Positions 1-11,007 of a stretch of 64,000 bases of DNA are shown in pieces; positions within the stretch are counted from its first letter, which is position 1, and each line of letters begins with the position of its first letter. The DNA lies in NCBI GenBank assembly GCA_963666205.1, contig OY762654.1, forward strand, positions 1,024,001 to 1,088,000, written 5' to 3'. Source of the stretch: Synergistales bacterium. GTDB lineage: Bacteria; Synergistota; Synergistia; Synergistales; JAFGMB01. The notes beneath the pieces are model-generated. The model was not told the DNA's origin, did not search any database, and was given only the letters and a program-made list of their open reading frames with translations. Position numbers and translations under genes: made by a program.

Positions 1-2125
1 CGGTAAGGCATGGGCTCTTTCAAGACTCCTTCAGGAAGGCATCAATGTACCTGAAGGTATATGCATCACATCCGAAGTCTACAGTCTGTTTATGGCTCAG
101 ACAGGTCTTGGGGACATAGTTCAGCTGGAACTTAACAGAAAGTCCTTCGATGAGATGCGCTGGGAAGAGATCTGGGATGTGTCACTGAGGATAAGGAACC
201 ATTTCCTCCGGGTGGAAATGCCTCCTGAGATAACATCACTTCTGGAAGAAAATATCCATTATTATTTCGGAACATCGCCCACCGTCGTCCGTTCTTCCGC
301 CCCCTCTGAAGACTCTGCAGCCACTTCCTTTGCAGGTCTCCATGAATCAGTGGTCAATGTCAGGGGCGGGAAAGACATAATCGCTGCAGTAAGGAGGGTA
401 TGGGCTTCCCTCTGGTCCGACGGAGCCATCCTTTACCGCAGGGAACTCGGCCTTGATGTACATAAAAGCACCATGGCTGTGGTTATACAGGAGATCATAA
501 AAGGAGAAAGGTCCGGAGTCGCCTTTACCGAAGCTCCGGACAACAGCCGTAATTCCATACTCGAGGCAGTATGGGGGCTTAACCAGGGTTTTGTGGATGG
601 AACGGTTGAACCTGACAGATGGTTCTTCCTGAGAGAAACAGGCAAAACCATATCCCATACCCCTCCTTCTCAGAGAGACAGGATAGTCATCCCCTCTGGA
701 GATGGGACCATGATAATGACCCTTGATGACGAGAGGTCGAAGACACCCCCCCTTTCCGACGAAGAAGCAGAAAAACTTTTAAAACTGGGAATGAGGGTGG
801 AGGATATTTTCCTTGCACCCCAGGACATGGAATGGACCATAAGAGCAAACAGGACCTATCTTCTTCAGTCAAGGCCTGTCACAACCATAGGCAAGGCTGG
901 AGAAGACAGAAGGTCATGGTACCTTTCCCTCACCAGAAGCCTCGATAATCTCAGGGAACTTCAGGAAAAGATAGAAATGACTCTCCTTCCAGAGATGGAT
1001 GAAGACGCCCTGAAATTCAGGAGAATGGACCTGATCTCCCTTACAGATAATGAATTGTCACGTGAAATAACAGACCGTCTTTCAGTGTTGGAGAAATGGG
1101 AAAAGGTCTACTGGGATGATTTCATTCCCTTTGCTCACGGCGCCAGGCTCTTCGGACAGTTTTATAACGACAGGATCACCCCGAAGGACCCCTACGAGTT
1201 CGTCGATCTGCTTGCGGGTACCGAAATGACAAGTATCGCCCGAAACACAGTTCTGGAAGATCTGGCAGGGGAAATACGAAGGGACAGATCCCTCAGGGAA
1301 AAACTGGGTAAGGGGCTTGATATGCCGGCCCCCTTTCTGGCAAAGGTCCGGGAATTTGCATCTTCCTACGAAACCATACCTGGCTCATCAGAACCTGATG
1401 TCATCTCCGCAAGGATCATTCAGCTCCTCCTGGAAATGGCAGATTCCCAGCCTTCCTTCCATGAGGAGAAGGGAAAAAGGACTTCAGAAATGATGGACAG
1501 GTATCTTGCCGGCTTCCAGGGAAAGGAAAGACTTCTGGCACAGGATCTTCTGGAACTTGGAAGGGCAAGCTGGAAACTGAGGGACAACGACAACATATAC
1601 CTTGCAAGAATAAAGGTCGAGGTCGAGAGAGCTTCTTCAGAGGGTAAAAGAAGGATCCGGAACATGGGAAAGGATCCTGATCTTTACAGGGAACCTGGAG
1701 ATGTGGCCCGAGTCCTTGATGATCCGGACTACATGCCTCCTTCCCCGGAACCAAACCAGGATAATGGGGTCCCGGAAATTACTTCTGCCGTGGAGATAAG
1801 GGTAAGACAGGTGAAGGGACAGCCCGCCAGTCCCGGGATAGCAACAGGCACAGCCAGGGTGATCCGTCAGGATGGGGATCTCTTTGAATTTAAAAAAGGG
1901 GAGATCCTTGTCTGTGATGCCATAGAACCCAACATGACCTTCGTAGTTCCCCTTGCCTCGGCCATAGTGGAAAGAAGGGGGGGCATGCTCATTCATGGAG
2001 CCATAATAGCAAGGGAATACGGCCTCCCCTGTGTGACCGGAATACCCGGCGCCGTGGATATAATATCGACGGGAAAAAGGCTCACAGTTGACGGCCACCT
2101 TGGAATTATTATCATAGGGGATTGA
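1..2125 (+). CDS. PEP/pyruvate-binding (ATP-grasp) plus C-terminal swivel phosphohistidine domain protein (PEP synthase / rifampin phosphotransferase-like architecture), 5' truncated
   Basis: Frame is open from base 2 (GKAWALSRLLQEGINVPEGICIT); motifs VRSSAPSED..SFAG, DMEW, LLQSRPVT, GGMLIHGAIIAREYGLP. Confidence 0.85.
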   Translation, partial: GKAWALSRLLQEGINVPEGICITSEVYSLFMAQTGLGDIVQLELNRKSFDEMRWEEIWDVSLRIRNHFLRVEMPPEITSLLEENIHYYFGTSPTVVRSSAPSEDSAATSFAGLHESVVNVRGGKDIIAAVRRVWASLWSDGAILYRRELGLDVHKSTMAVVIQEIIKGERSGVAFTEAPDNSRNSILEAVWGLNQGFVDGTVEPDRWFFLRETGKTISHTPPSQRDRIVIPSGDGTMIMTLDDERSKTPPLSDEEAEKLLKLGMRVEDIFLAPQDMEWTIRANRTYLLQSRPVTTIGKAGEDRRSWYLSLTRSLDNLRELQEKIEMTLLPEMDEDALKFRRMDLISLTDNELSREITDRLSVLEKWEKVYWDDFIPFAHGARLFGQFYNDRITPKDPYEFVDLLAGTEMTSIARNTVLEDLAGEIRRDRSLREKLGKGLDMPAPFLAKVREFASSYETIPGSSEPDVISARIIQLLLEMADSQPSFHEEKGKRTSEMMDRYLAGFQGKERLLAQDLLELGRASWKLRDNDNIYLARIKVEVERASSEGKRRIRNMGKDPDLYREPGDVARVLDDPDYMPPSPEPNQDNGVPEITSAVEIRVRQVKGQPASPGIATGTARVIRQDGDLFEFKKGEILVCDAIEPNMTFVVPLASAIVERRGGMLIHGAIIAREYGLPCVTGIPGAVDIISTGKRLTVDGHLGIIIIGD

Positions 2126-2316
2126 AAACGATCGTCAGTATACTTTCACTGGTTAATTTACCCCTATTGACAGATACCCTCCCATAGTGTTAGATACCCA
2201 CATCTGGTATCATGCCAGAACATTGGACCTTAAATCTTTCATGGAGCGTGACCTGCTGATGTTACGCTCTTCACAGCGCATTCATCCAAAGACAATTTTG
2301 AACAGGACGTGATCAG

Positions 2317-3531
2317 ATGCAGTCCGATCTTCTTTCCAGGTACGGGTCTATAGTCGGAGAAGAAGAGGTCCAGGAACTCTATGACCTGGCCGCTCCCTTC
2401 AGGGGAAAGGAAATAGTCCATGTAAATTCCACAAAACAGGGCGGAGGTGTAGCAGAACTTCTGAATAGTTTTGTTCCCCTCATGAATGAACTGGGTATGA
2501 GATGTTCATGGGAGGTAATGGAAGGGAACCAGGAATTTTACCATGCCACCAAGACCATACATAACGGTCTTCAGGGTAACCCCGTCGAATTCACCCATCT
2601 TATGAAGAATAACTTCGAGGAGACCGGCCGCCAGAATGCACAGAGGCTGAAAAGCAAGCTGGAGAACGCCGACCTGGTTATCATTCACGATCCTCAGCCG
2701 GCATCTCTACTGCATTTCTGTGACAACCGGAAGGGTAAATGGATCTGGCGATGTCATATAGACGCGGCTACCCCCCATCCCGAGGTATGGGATTTTGTGA
2801 ACGGATGGGTCGAGGGATACGATGCCAGTGTTTTTTCCATGGAAGAATTCCTGAAACCCATGGCCCATCACCAGAAGATCATCTGTCCCTCCATCGACCC
2901 CCTGAGCCAGAAGAATGCCATGATGGATTTTCTACTTGTAGCGAGGGTCTGCCGCGATTTCGACATAGACATATGCAGACCTGTCATTCTTCAGGTATCC
3001 CGTTATGACTACTTCAAGGATCCCATAGGAGTTATACGTGCCTATAGACTTGTAAAGAAGGAATTCCCCGATGTTCAGCTGGTCCTGGCTGGAGGCGGCG
3101 CCGATGACGATCCCGAAGGTCAGAAGGTGCTGGAGGAAGTCTACAGGGAATCTGGCGGAGATGAAGACATCCATATCCTCCTTCTGCCACCGGACGCACA
3201 TCTAACCATAAATGCCCTTCAGAGGGCGGCAACCGTGGTCCTGCAGAAATCTCTCCGTGAAGGCTTCGGCCTTACAGTGTCAGAGGCATTATGGAAGAGA
3301 AAACCCGTCATCGGAGGAGATACTGGAGGGATCCGCCTTCAGATAGATCACGAATATAACGGTTACAGGGTGAAATCCTACGTTGAAGCAGCCCAGCATA
3401 TATGTACCCTTCTATCATGTGTGGATACCAGGTGTCAGATGGGAGAAAGAGCCTATGAACATGTCAGGGAAAATTTCCTGGTGACTAAATCCCTCAGGAA
3501 ATGGATGAACTTTGCAGGCAGTCTCGCATAA
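2317..3531 (+). CDS. treT: Trehalose synthase TreT-like GT4 glycosyltransferase
   Basis: HVNSTKQGGGVAE, IHDPQP, WRCHID, REGFGLTVSEALWK motifs. Confidence 0.8.
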   Translation: MQSDLLSRYGSIVGEEEVQELYDLAAPFRGKEIVHVNSTKQGGGVAELLNSFVPLMNELGMRCSWEVMEGNQEFYHATKTIHNGLQGNPVEFTHLMKNNFEETGRQNAQRLKSKLENADLVIIHDPQPASLLHFCDNRKGKWIWRCHIDAATPHPEVWDFVNGWVEGYDASVFSMEEFLKPMAHHQKIICPSIDPLSQKNAMMDFLLVARVCRDFDIDICRPVILQVSRYDYFKDPIGVIRAYRLVKKEFPDVQLVLAGGGADDDPEGQKVLEEVYRESGGDEDIHILLLPPDAHLTINALQRAATVVLQKSLREGFGLTVSEALWKRKPVIGGDTGGIRLQIDHEYNGYRVKSYVEAAQHICTLLSCVDTRCQMGERAYEHVRENFLVTKSLRKWMNFAGSLA

Positions 3532-3548
3532 CAAAAAGGATCACTTAC

Positions 3549-3585
3549 AATACAAAGCCCGGTGTATAACCCCGGGCTTTGTATT
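3549..3585. terminator. Bidirectional intrinsic terminator between convergent genes
   Basis: AATACAAAGCCCGG-N9-CCGGGCTTTGTATT perfect 14-bp stem. Confidence 0.75.
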
Positions 3586-3608
3586 CTTCATTAATCAATT
3601 ACCGTTTA

Positions 3609-5297
3609 TCAGAGAGGTTCTTCATAGGTTGAAACTGTATTTTTCCCCTTTGCCTTGGACTGGTAAAGAGCCCTGTCGACCCTCCTGGTGAGCTGATCGA
3701 TGGTATCTTCCCGACTTAATTCCGCCGTGCCGAAACTGGCCGTCACTCCACAATCCAGTTCTTGAATTACTCTCCTGAGCTTCTCCGCAAGTTTCAGTGC
3801 ACTGGGCAGCCTCATGGGAGTAAGGATCATGAATTCGTCCCCTCCCCACCTGACAAGGTAATCAGATTTTCGAATATTTGCATTTACAGACTCGGCTACC
3901 CTTTTAAGGACCATATCTCCCGCCATGTGACCCAGGGAGTCATTTATATCCTTGTAATTGTCGAGATCGAACATTATGAGGGAAAGACATGTCTGGTATC
4001 TCCTGGCCTTATCTATCTCCCGCAGAAGAGTTTCTTCAAAATATGCCCTGTTGAAAATACCCGTAAGTTTATCCGTTCTGGAAGCCTTGAGAAGTTCCAC
4101 CGTGAGACGGTGGGCAGCCTCTTCAGCCAGTATTCTTTCCGTAATGTCATGAACTATGGAATAAAGGTATTTTTTCCCATCCATTTCTATGGGCCCTGTA
4201 TAGACCTCAACATCCCTTGTTTCTCCATTACTCAGCCGGTGCCTGAACTGAAAGAACTTCTGCTCTCCCGTCTTTGCCCTGGTCATAGCCTCCCGCTGAT
4301 CCTTTTCGGAAAGGGCATTGAGATCCCATCCTTTCATCCGGAGCATTTCTTTCCGTGAATAGCCATAATAACGGCAGGCCGCCGGATTCGCATCTTTAAG
4401 ATCTCCCTTTTCAGGATCGATAACAAGCATTACAGCGTGATTATTCTGAAAAAGATTCGCATAAAGCCTCTCCATGCTCTCGAGAGCATCCTGCGTCTCA
4501 AGTCTTCCTGAAATATCCCTGGCAAAGGAAATGATCCCGGCTCTGCCCTCCAGATCATAGGGCCTTATTTCAACCTCCACAGGGAAAACCTCACCGTTCC
4601 CTTTCCTGTGATAGATCTGTTCCACTACCCTTTTACCCGACCAGGCTTGACTCAGCATCTCCTTTAACAGCGGGTGGCATTCAGGAATTACTATGTCCAT
4701 TGCTGACATGGCCAGTAACTCATCCCTTGTGTATCCATAACGTTCACAGGCCGTCCTGTTAACTTCCATGATCTCCCCTGAAAGACAACCTTCTTTCAGG
4801 GTCTGGATAAAGATGGCATTATCGCTGTTATCAAAAAGCTCCTTGTATTTTTCCTTTTCCTTCCTTAGCCTGTCCTGTAGTATTTCCTGCTCGGTAATGT
4901 CCCTTGTAATTTCAATGACGCCCCATATGGATCCATCTTCCTCCGCCAGGGGAAAGGAGGATATCTCATTCAGTCTGGGTCCTTCAACACTGCTGCATTC
5001 CATGACAGCCCTCTCCATGATCCCCTTCTCCAGGCTGACGATACAGGGACATCCCTCACAGGGAGCACTTCTACCTTTGAAGACCCTGTAACATTTTTCT
5101 TTCTCGGGAACTTCAGCTAAGCCGTGTTTTTTCATGGATACCTGGTTCACCCTGATGACGTTAAAATCCCTGTCCATTACCCTTACACCATCATGCAGAT
5201 TATTGAGAAGAGTCTCTATAAGTAAACGTTGGGTAACCGGAATATTACCTTCCTGTTTCTCCAATTCCTTTATGTGAGATTTAATATCAGATCCCAT
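3609..5297 (-). CDS. PAS-PAS-PAS-GGDEF diguanylate cyclase
   Basis: Three PAS/PAC repeats; DKLTGIFNR, FDLDNYK, RWGGDEF. Confidence 0.9.
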   Translation of the reverse strand: MGSDIKSHIKELEKQEGNIPVTQRLLIETLLNNLHDGVRVMDRDFNVIRVNQVSMKKHGLAEVPEKEKCYRVFKGRSAPCEGCPCIVSLEKGIMERAVMECSSVEGPRLNEISSFPLAEEDGSIWGVIEITRDITEQEILQDRLRKEKEKYKELFDNSDNAIFIQTLKEGCLSGEIMEVNRTACERYGYTRDELLAMSAMDIVIPECHPLLKEMLSQAWSGKRVVEQIYHRKGNGEVFPVEVEIRPYDLEGRAGIISFARDISGRLETQDALESMERLYANLFQNNHAVMLVIDPEKGDLKDANPAACRYYGYSRKEMLRMKGWDLNALSEKDQREAMTRAKTGEQKFFQFRHRLSNGETRDVEVYTGPIEMDGKKYLYSIVHDITERILAEEAAHRLTVELLKASRTDKLTGIFNRAYFEETLLREIDKARRYQTCLSLIMFDLDNYKDINDSLGHMAGDMVLKRVAESVNANIRKSDYLVRWGGDEFMILTPMRLPSALKLAEKLRRVIQELDCGVTASFGTAELSREDTIDQLTRRVDRALYQSKAKGKNTVSTYEEPL

Positions 5298-5432
5298 TTG
5301 CCCCTCCAGAATAGATTTATTTCTATCACAGCTAAAAGTATAGAGATTCCGGAAAGAGACCGTCGTTCCCTGTGAACCATAGTACAGATATCAATGGCAC
5401 CAAAGCATATGGGTCTTAAGAACTAAAAAAAT

Positions 5433-5461
5433 CGGGACCCTTGTCAAAAAGAGGGGTCCCG
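5433..5461 (-). terminator. Putative terminator hairpin between the two cyclase genes
   Basis: CGGGACCC...GGGTCCCG with A-run on + strand (U-run on -). Confidence 0.55.
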
Positions 5462-5499
5462 GAACATTTTATATAAAAATACTGCTTAGGGGCATACTA

Positions 5500-7620
5500 T
5501 CAGGAAAGGATATACCTGTCCCCTCCCTGCTGCTTTGCAGCATACATGGACTTGTCAGCCCGCTCAAGAAGGGAACTCAGGGAATCTCCCTGGCGGAAAC
5601 CGGTCACACCCATACTGGCCGTGACACCAAGATCCGATTCCTTTATGATGATAAGCAGCTTTTTCGCCAGACATGAAGCACTATTCTCCGAAACAGGTGT
5701 AATTACCAGGAATTCATCCCCTCCCCATCTGCCGAAGAAATCGGAACTCCTGAGATTGGAGACACATTTCCTGGCGAGCAGCTTCAGGACTTCGTCTCCC
5801 CTGGAATGTCCGTAACGGTCATTTACTGCCTTGAATCCGTCGAGGTCGAACATTATCAGAGACAGTTCATCACCATAGCGTCTTGATTTGTTCAGTTCCC
5901 AGTGAAGTATCTCTTCCAGGTGTCTTCTGTTGTTTACTCCAGTCAGCTTATCAGTGGTGGAAATTGCCAGAAGTTCATCATTCAGTCTTCTCGCCCTTTC
6001 CTCTGCCCTTAATTTTTCTGAAATATCATGAACCATGAGAAGAAGAACAGACCTGTTATCAAAGAAAAGCTTTGTACTGTAGATCTCAACATTATGTACT
6101 ATTCCGGATGACGTCACATTTTCAAGATAAAAATGCTTTTTTGTCCCCAGATTTACCTGGTTCAGCTGATCGTAAGGGTCGCGACTATCTGTACCAGGTG
6201 TTATATCAGAGAACCTGCGTCCGATGAGGTCGTCATAGTCATACTCATAGAATGAACAGGCAGCCGGGTTAGCATCCCGGATAAGACCTGTTTCAGGATC
6301 CACGAGAAGCATAACTGCCTCATTTTCATGAAAAAGGCTTGCATAGCGGCGTTCACTATCTCTCAGAGTTTTTTCCGAAGACTTTCGTTCTGTAATATCC
6401 CTGATTATGGAAAGGACCGTGGCTTTGCCGTTAAGGTTGAAGAGATGAGCATTTATCTCTCCGGGTATTCTCTTTCCATTTTTGGCAAGGGCAGTCACTT
6501 CAGTCAGGGCCATCCCATTAAGCATCAGTTTTTCCCTTATTACGGCAACAGTATTTTCATGTTCAGGAACAAGGACATTGAGTGGAGTCAGTTCAAGCAG
6601 CTCTTCCCGTGTATAGCCGAGTAGCTGGCAGGCAATGTCGTTTGCCTCGATGAAGGTGCCTGCCTCGCCATCCTGGGAAATATGGTTCACAAGGATGGCA
6701 TCGGATCCTTTGTCAAAAAGGAGCCTGAACCGGGCTTCGTTCTCGGACAACTTTACCTGGAGATCCCTCATCATCCTTATCTGCCCCATGTTCCTTTTCT
6801 GGACAAGGAAGGTCAGCCCAAGGGTCAGGAGTACCGTAAAAGCAGCGAACCAGAGGGTGAACTTTCGGGCAAGGATCCTGCTGTAACTGTAAAGTTCCGT
6901 ACCCGGTATGGAGGCCCTGAGCAGAAGTCCGGATCCGGTAACTGCCCTGTAAAAGGCTACCACATCCTCATCCCCGTCTTTTTCTGCAACCATACTGCCA
7001 AGGTGCTGAAGAGCGTCTTCATAGACAGGATCATCCCTCAGGATCATACGGTAATGGATATTGTCTTTCCGGATACGGTCCAGAATAGAAGAGACATCGA
7101 AGATGACAAGGTCATAACCGAGAAGATCACCCCCCTCGTAAATGGGAGTGCAGATTCTGACAGCTGTTCTGTCACCATTCCGTAAATATTCAACAAGGGG
7201 CTCCCTGCATTCCACAGTCATGGAAGGCAGGGATGGAGGTTTCTCTCCGTAGCTTGCTATCCTGTTGCCGGCAATATACCTTCTGGCAAAGAGAGCACCC
7301 TTGAGAGACTCCACACCTTCCGTCCATCCTGGAGCAGAAAACTGAACAAGTTCTTCAAGAGATACCTCTCCCATAACGAAAGACCAGGCCTTCTGACGTA
7401 TGGCCGTCCTGCTTGAAAGGGTCTGGGTATTCTGGATGAAATCCTGGATGGAGTTGTCCAGGATTATGAGGGAATTCTCAACCTTACCTGCGAAATTCTC
7501 CTCCAGGCTCATCTTCAGCTCCACCTGAAGGGGCCGGTAAACAAGAAGAAGGGAAGACGAAAGAAAGATCATTACCAGTAAAAACAGATAAAGGGAAAAT
7601 CTGCGGCCCGATGTAAACAT
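5500..7620 (-). CDS. Membrane sensor PAS-PAS-GGDEF diguanylate cyclase
   Basis: Two TM segments around an extracytoplasmic region, two PAS domains, RWGGDEF. Confidence 0.9.
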   Translation of the reverse strand: MFTSGRRFSLYLFLLVMIFLSSSLLLVYRPLQVELKMSLEENFAGKVENSLIILDNSIQDFIQNTQTLSSRTAIRQKAWSFVMGEVSLEELVQFSAPGWTEGVESLKGALFARRYIAGNRIASYGEKPPSLPSMTVECREPLVEYLRNGDRTAVRICTPIYEGGDLLGYDLVIFDVSSILDRIRKDNIHYRMILRDDPVYEDALQHLGSMVAEKDGDEDVVAFYRAVTGSGLLLRASIPGTELYSYSRILARKFTLWFAAFTVLLTLGLTFLVQKRNMGQIRMMRDLQVKLSENEARFRLLFDKGSDAILVNHISQDGEAGTFIEANDIACQLLGYTREELLELTPLNVLVPEHENTVAVIREKLMLNGMALTEVTALAKNGKRIPGEINAHLFNLNGKATVLSIIRDITERKSSEKTLRDSERRYASLFHENEAVMLLVDPETGLIRDANPAACSFYEYDYDDLIGRRFSDITPGTDSRDPYDQLNQVNLGTKKHFYLENVTSSGIVHNVEIYSTKLFFDNRSVLLLMVHDISEKLRAEERARRLNDELLAISTTDKLTGVNNRRHLEEILHWELNKSRRYGDELSLIMFDLDGFKAVNDRYGHSRGDEVLKLLARKCVSNLRSSDFFGRWGGDEFLVITPVSENSASCLAKKLLIIIKESDLGVTASMGVTGFRQGDSLSSLLERADKSMYAAKQQGGDRYILS

Positions 7621-7841
7621 CCCTATCCTTCTCTCCGTATGAAAGTATGAGCAACCCCGTTGTTCCCCAGGGCACAGATGGAAAATATCAGGTTATTTAA
7701 AGGTTAGTTGATAAGAAAACAAGGAAATTCATCCTTCCTGTTATCAATAATATAACCTTAATCATCTTTTTTCCATAACGCACCATTTTGAACAAACTTC
7801 AGAGACCTCAAACCGGGCCGGAAATTTATGTCAGCCCTGTC

Positions 7842-8538
7842 CGGTAAACCGATTTTGGATTTTAGATTTTGGATTTTAGATTAGATCCATTGAGTTTCTC
7901 CGTGGTGAAAAGCTTCTGGTGCTGTTTTTTTCTTTTATCGTGCAAAATAGATCCATCATTTTGCACAGTAGAAAAAAGATTTGAGGGCTTCCTCTGCGAC
8001 CTCTGCGGTAAACCGATTTTAGATTTTGGATTTTAGATTTTGGATTAGATCCATTGAGTTCCTCCGTGGTGAAAGGGTTTGGGTCCTGTTTTTTTCTTTT
8101 ATCGTGCAAAATAGATCCATCATTTTGCACAGTCGACAAAGTGGCCTATTTCTTGATCTCCTAGACCCGCGAAGCGTCCGCCCGTCCCCGGTTTATTCAG
8201 TGGTTTTTGGCGGATCTGCGGTAAAACAGCTTTTGATTTTGACCTGGTTTCCCTCCGTGCTACTCCGTGCCCTCCGTGGTGAAACAGGTTTTTGGGTTTA
8301 CGGTTCTAATCGTGCAAAATAGGTCCATCATTTTGCGCAGCACACCATTGTTTATGTTTTACATCTGCGTTACTCTGCGCAACCTCAGCGCTGAAAGTCC
8401 GCCACTACTTGGGTCTAATGGTTTTATACGATGGTTTACGGCGGATCCTCTGCGGTAAACCGATTTTGGATTTTAGATTTTGGATTTTAGATTTTGGATT
8501 AGATCCATTGAGTTCCTCCGTGGTAAAACAGCTTTTTA
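7842..8538. repeat. Modular intergenic repeat array R1
   Basis: CTCTGCG/CTCCGTG iterons, GATTTTR heptamer runs, hairpin D at 7938, 8102 and 8310, GTCCGCC..GGCGGA stems; internal ~164-bp tandem duplication. Confidence 0.9.
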
Positions 8539-9843
8539 TCATTCAACCATGTTCTTCCTGCGGTAGACCGGCAGTGCCGCCTCCCACATTCCCGGATGCT
8601 GTTTCCACAAAATAATACCCATAGCGACACATACCACACCGCCGCCCGCCAGGGTAAGGGGAGCACCGAACATGGAGGCCAGCCAGCCTGCGTTAAGGCT
8701 TCCAATGGGAGCGATCCCGAGTATGGAAACTATATATAGGCTCATCACCCTGCTCCTCTTGTTATCATCCACAAGGGTCTGGATGAAAGTATTGCATGAA
8801 ACCATGGAGGATACCATGAAAAGTCCAACAAAGACCATGAGGAACATGGACAGTGCCAGGGACCTGGAAAGGGAAAAGAGGGATACGGAAATGCCGAAAA
8901 AGGACATGGAAAAGGCCATGATCTTTCCAAGCCCCACAGGAGATCTTCTCAGGGCCAGACCGATAGACCCGGCAAGGGCTCCTATGCCGCTTGCGGCCAT
9001 CAGAAAACCCAGGGTCTGGGGACCGCCACTGAGTATTTCTCTGGCAAAAACGGGTAAAAGGACGAGATAGGGGATACCGGCAAAACTTATAACCACCAGG
9101 GCTACAATGGTATTTCGAATGGGAGAAAATCCCTTTACATAGACCAGTCCTTCCCTGAGCCCCTCAATGACCCTGCGGGGGGGACCGTCGCGATCTCCCC
9201 TGCATTCTCTAAGTTTCATTATCATAAGAGCGGCAAGGGTGGCAAAATAGCTCAACCCGTTGATAACAAAACATACACCCTCTCCAAATGCCGCGATGGT
9301 AAGCCCTCCCAGTGAGGGACCAAGGAGTCTGGCCACATTGAAAAGGGAAGAATTCAGGGCTATGGCATTACCAAGATCGTCGCTCTTATCAACAAGATGG
9401 ACCACAAAGGCCTGCCGTGCCGGTATTTCAAAGGCATTTACCACACCCAGCAGGGAACTGAGAATAATGATATGCCAGTATTCCACCCGTCCTGACAGGG
9501 TAAGAAAAGCCAGGATAAAAGCATGGACCATACTCAGTCCCTGGCATAAAAATATCACCTTTTTAAGGTCCATCTTCTCAAGGACGACCCCTGCGAACAT
9601 TCCCAGGAAAAAGACCGGGATCTGGCCCACAAAATCCACCGCACCCAGCATGAATGCAGAATCGGTCAATCTGTAGACTAGCCAGCTCATGGCAACTCTC
9701 TGCATCCACAGGCCGCTCAGGGAGACTACCTCTCCCATAAAGAATATCCTGTAGTTTCTATGTTTCATTGCCCGAAGGAGATGATGGGCTCGAACTTTTT
9801 TAAGATTTAAAACATCTGGAGCAAATCGTCCTGACCATGACAT
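8539..9843 (-). CDS. MFS transporter (MFS_3 / EntS-like)
   Basis: 12 hydrophobic segments; NAFEIPARQA, AIALNSSLFNVARLLGP. Confidence 0.9.
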   Translation of the reverse strand: MSWSGRFAPDVLNLKKVRAHHLLRAMKHRNYRIFFMGEVVSLSGLWMQRVAMSWLVYRLTDSAFMLGAVDFVGQIPVFFLGMFAGVVLEKMDLKKVIFLCQGLSMVHAFILAFLTLSGRVEYWHIIILSSLLGVVNAFEIPARQAFVVHLVDKSDDLGNAIALNSSLFNVARLLGPSLGGLTIAAFGEGVCFVINGLSYFATLAALMIMKLRECRGDRDGPPRRVIEGLREGLVYVKGFSPIRNTIVALVVISFAGIPYLVLLPVFAREILSGGPQTLGFLMAASGIGALAGSIGLALRRSPVGLGKIMAFSMSFFGISVSLFSLSRSLALSMFLMVFVGLFMVSSMVSCNTFIQTLVDDNKRSRVMSLYIVSILGIAPIGSLNAGWLASMFGAPLTLAGGGVVCVAMGIILWKQHPGMWEAALPVYRRKNMVE

Positions 9844-9873
9844 CCGGTATACCTATTCCTCTCCCTGTAAAGC

Positions 9874-9909
9874 TGAAGAGGGTTCCGAAACTGTCCGGAA
9901 CCCTCTTCT
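9874..9909 (-). terminator. Putative terminator hairpin
   Basis: GAAGAGGGTTCCG-N-CGGAACCCTCTTC. Confidence 0.6.
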
Positions 9910-9979
9910 GAATTCATTCCTCTGAAGAAAATAAAGACTGGACCGGGCAGATATTCCCCTCAGGATCAGCTGCAGATCT

Positions 9980-10816
9980 TCAGTGCTCCTTTGTACCCGG
10001 AACCTTGGGGTAGGGCATGGGAATATACTGTACGGAAGGTCTGCCCTTCCCCGACTGGGGATAAAGGCTCATTATGTTGCATATGTGTCCATCCAGTTCC
10101 GTATTGACGGGAAGGCCTATCTCCTTTGCCTCTTCGGGGGTGATGGGATAATCATGGGTCCAGCGGCCCTCGGTGAGCTTGGTGGCAATTTCCCTGGACT
10201 TATCCTCATCCATATTATCTATCAGGAGGTCAAAGACGAATTTGTTTGTCTGAACAATAGCCTTTCTTCCCACATCAGCAAGGATAAGGGTCTCGTCATC
10301 AATTTCTGCGATAGGCTTTTCCTCGACCACCTTTAGAATGGAAACGGCAGGGAACTGGCCTATCTGGGGATCCACCGGTCCGAGAACGGCATGTTTGTCC
10401 ATGAGGATCTCGTCTGCAGCGAGGGCGATCAGGGTTCCCCCTGACATGGCATAATGGGGTACGACCACCGTCACCTTTGCAGGATGATCATTCAGGGCCT
10501 TGGCTATCTGTTCCGCTGCAAGGAGAAGTCCGCCTGGTGTATGGATTATCAGGTCTATGGGTGTATCATCGGAGGTCATACGTATAGCCCTTAGAACCTC
10601 TTCTGAATCTTCGATGTTTATGTAATTGCGGGAAAACATTCCCAGGAATCCAACGCTTTCCTGCCTGTGGATAAGGGTTATTATCCGGCTTCCCCTGGTC
10701 TTTTCACAGGCTCTCAGGGCGGTGACCCTTCTATACTTCAGGATCAACTGGGTTAACTGGGGATAGATAAAGAAAAATATAAATAACAGGGGCCATATAC
10801 TGAACTGCTGACTCAT
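9980..10816 (-). CDS. SDH_sah-family ClpP-like serine protease
   Basis: IHTPGG, PHYAMSGGTLIALAADEI, LGPVDPQ, WTHDYPI. Confidence 0.85.
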   Translation of the reverse strand: MSQQFSIWPLLFIFFFIYPQLTQLILKYRRVTALRACEKTRGSRIITLIHRQESVGFLGMFSRNYINIEDSEEVLRAIRMTSDDTPIDLIIHTPGGLLLAAEQIAKALNDHPAKVTVVVPHYAMSGGTLIALAADEILMDKHAVLGPVDPQIGQFPAVSILKVVEEKPIAEIDDETLILADVGRKAIVQTNKFVFDLLIDNMDEDKSREIATKLTEGRWTHDYPITPEEAKEIGLPVNTELDGHICNIMSLYPQSGKGRPSVQYIPMPYPKVPGTKEH

Positions 10817-11007
10817 GGAAACACCTCTCTCTGCTTCTGGAATGGAATAAAAGATTCATAGCAATTATAACCGCTGGCGGATAAAACTCACAGGGTTCAA
10901 TTTTACTTTCGACTGCCATTGAAAAAAAGACCGGGAATATTAAGGTATAATATGGAGAAGACTGTATCACTTTAAACAGATTTTCAGATGATCTCGAAAG
11001 GCTTAAA

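Noticed and set aside
7876-8705. Short ORFs within repeat arrays (also 20355-20663, 22508-22918, 26736-27087, 27747-28031, 28773-29563, 30597-30900, 56598-56846, 61403-61906)
   Set aside because: They translate the 9-nt and 7-nt repeats (RRGRRERRG, SALSAPSAV, LDFRFWI) in inconsistent frames and strands, with no recognisable domain.
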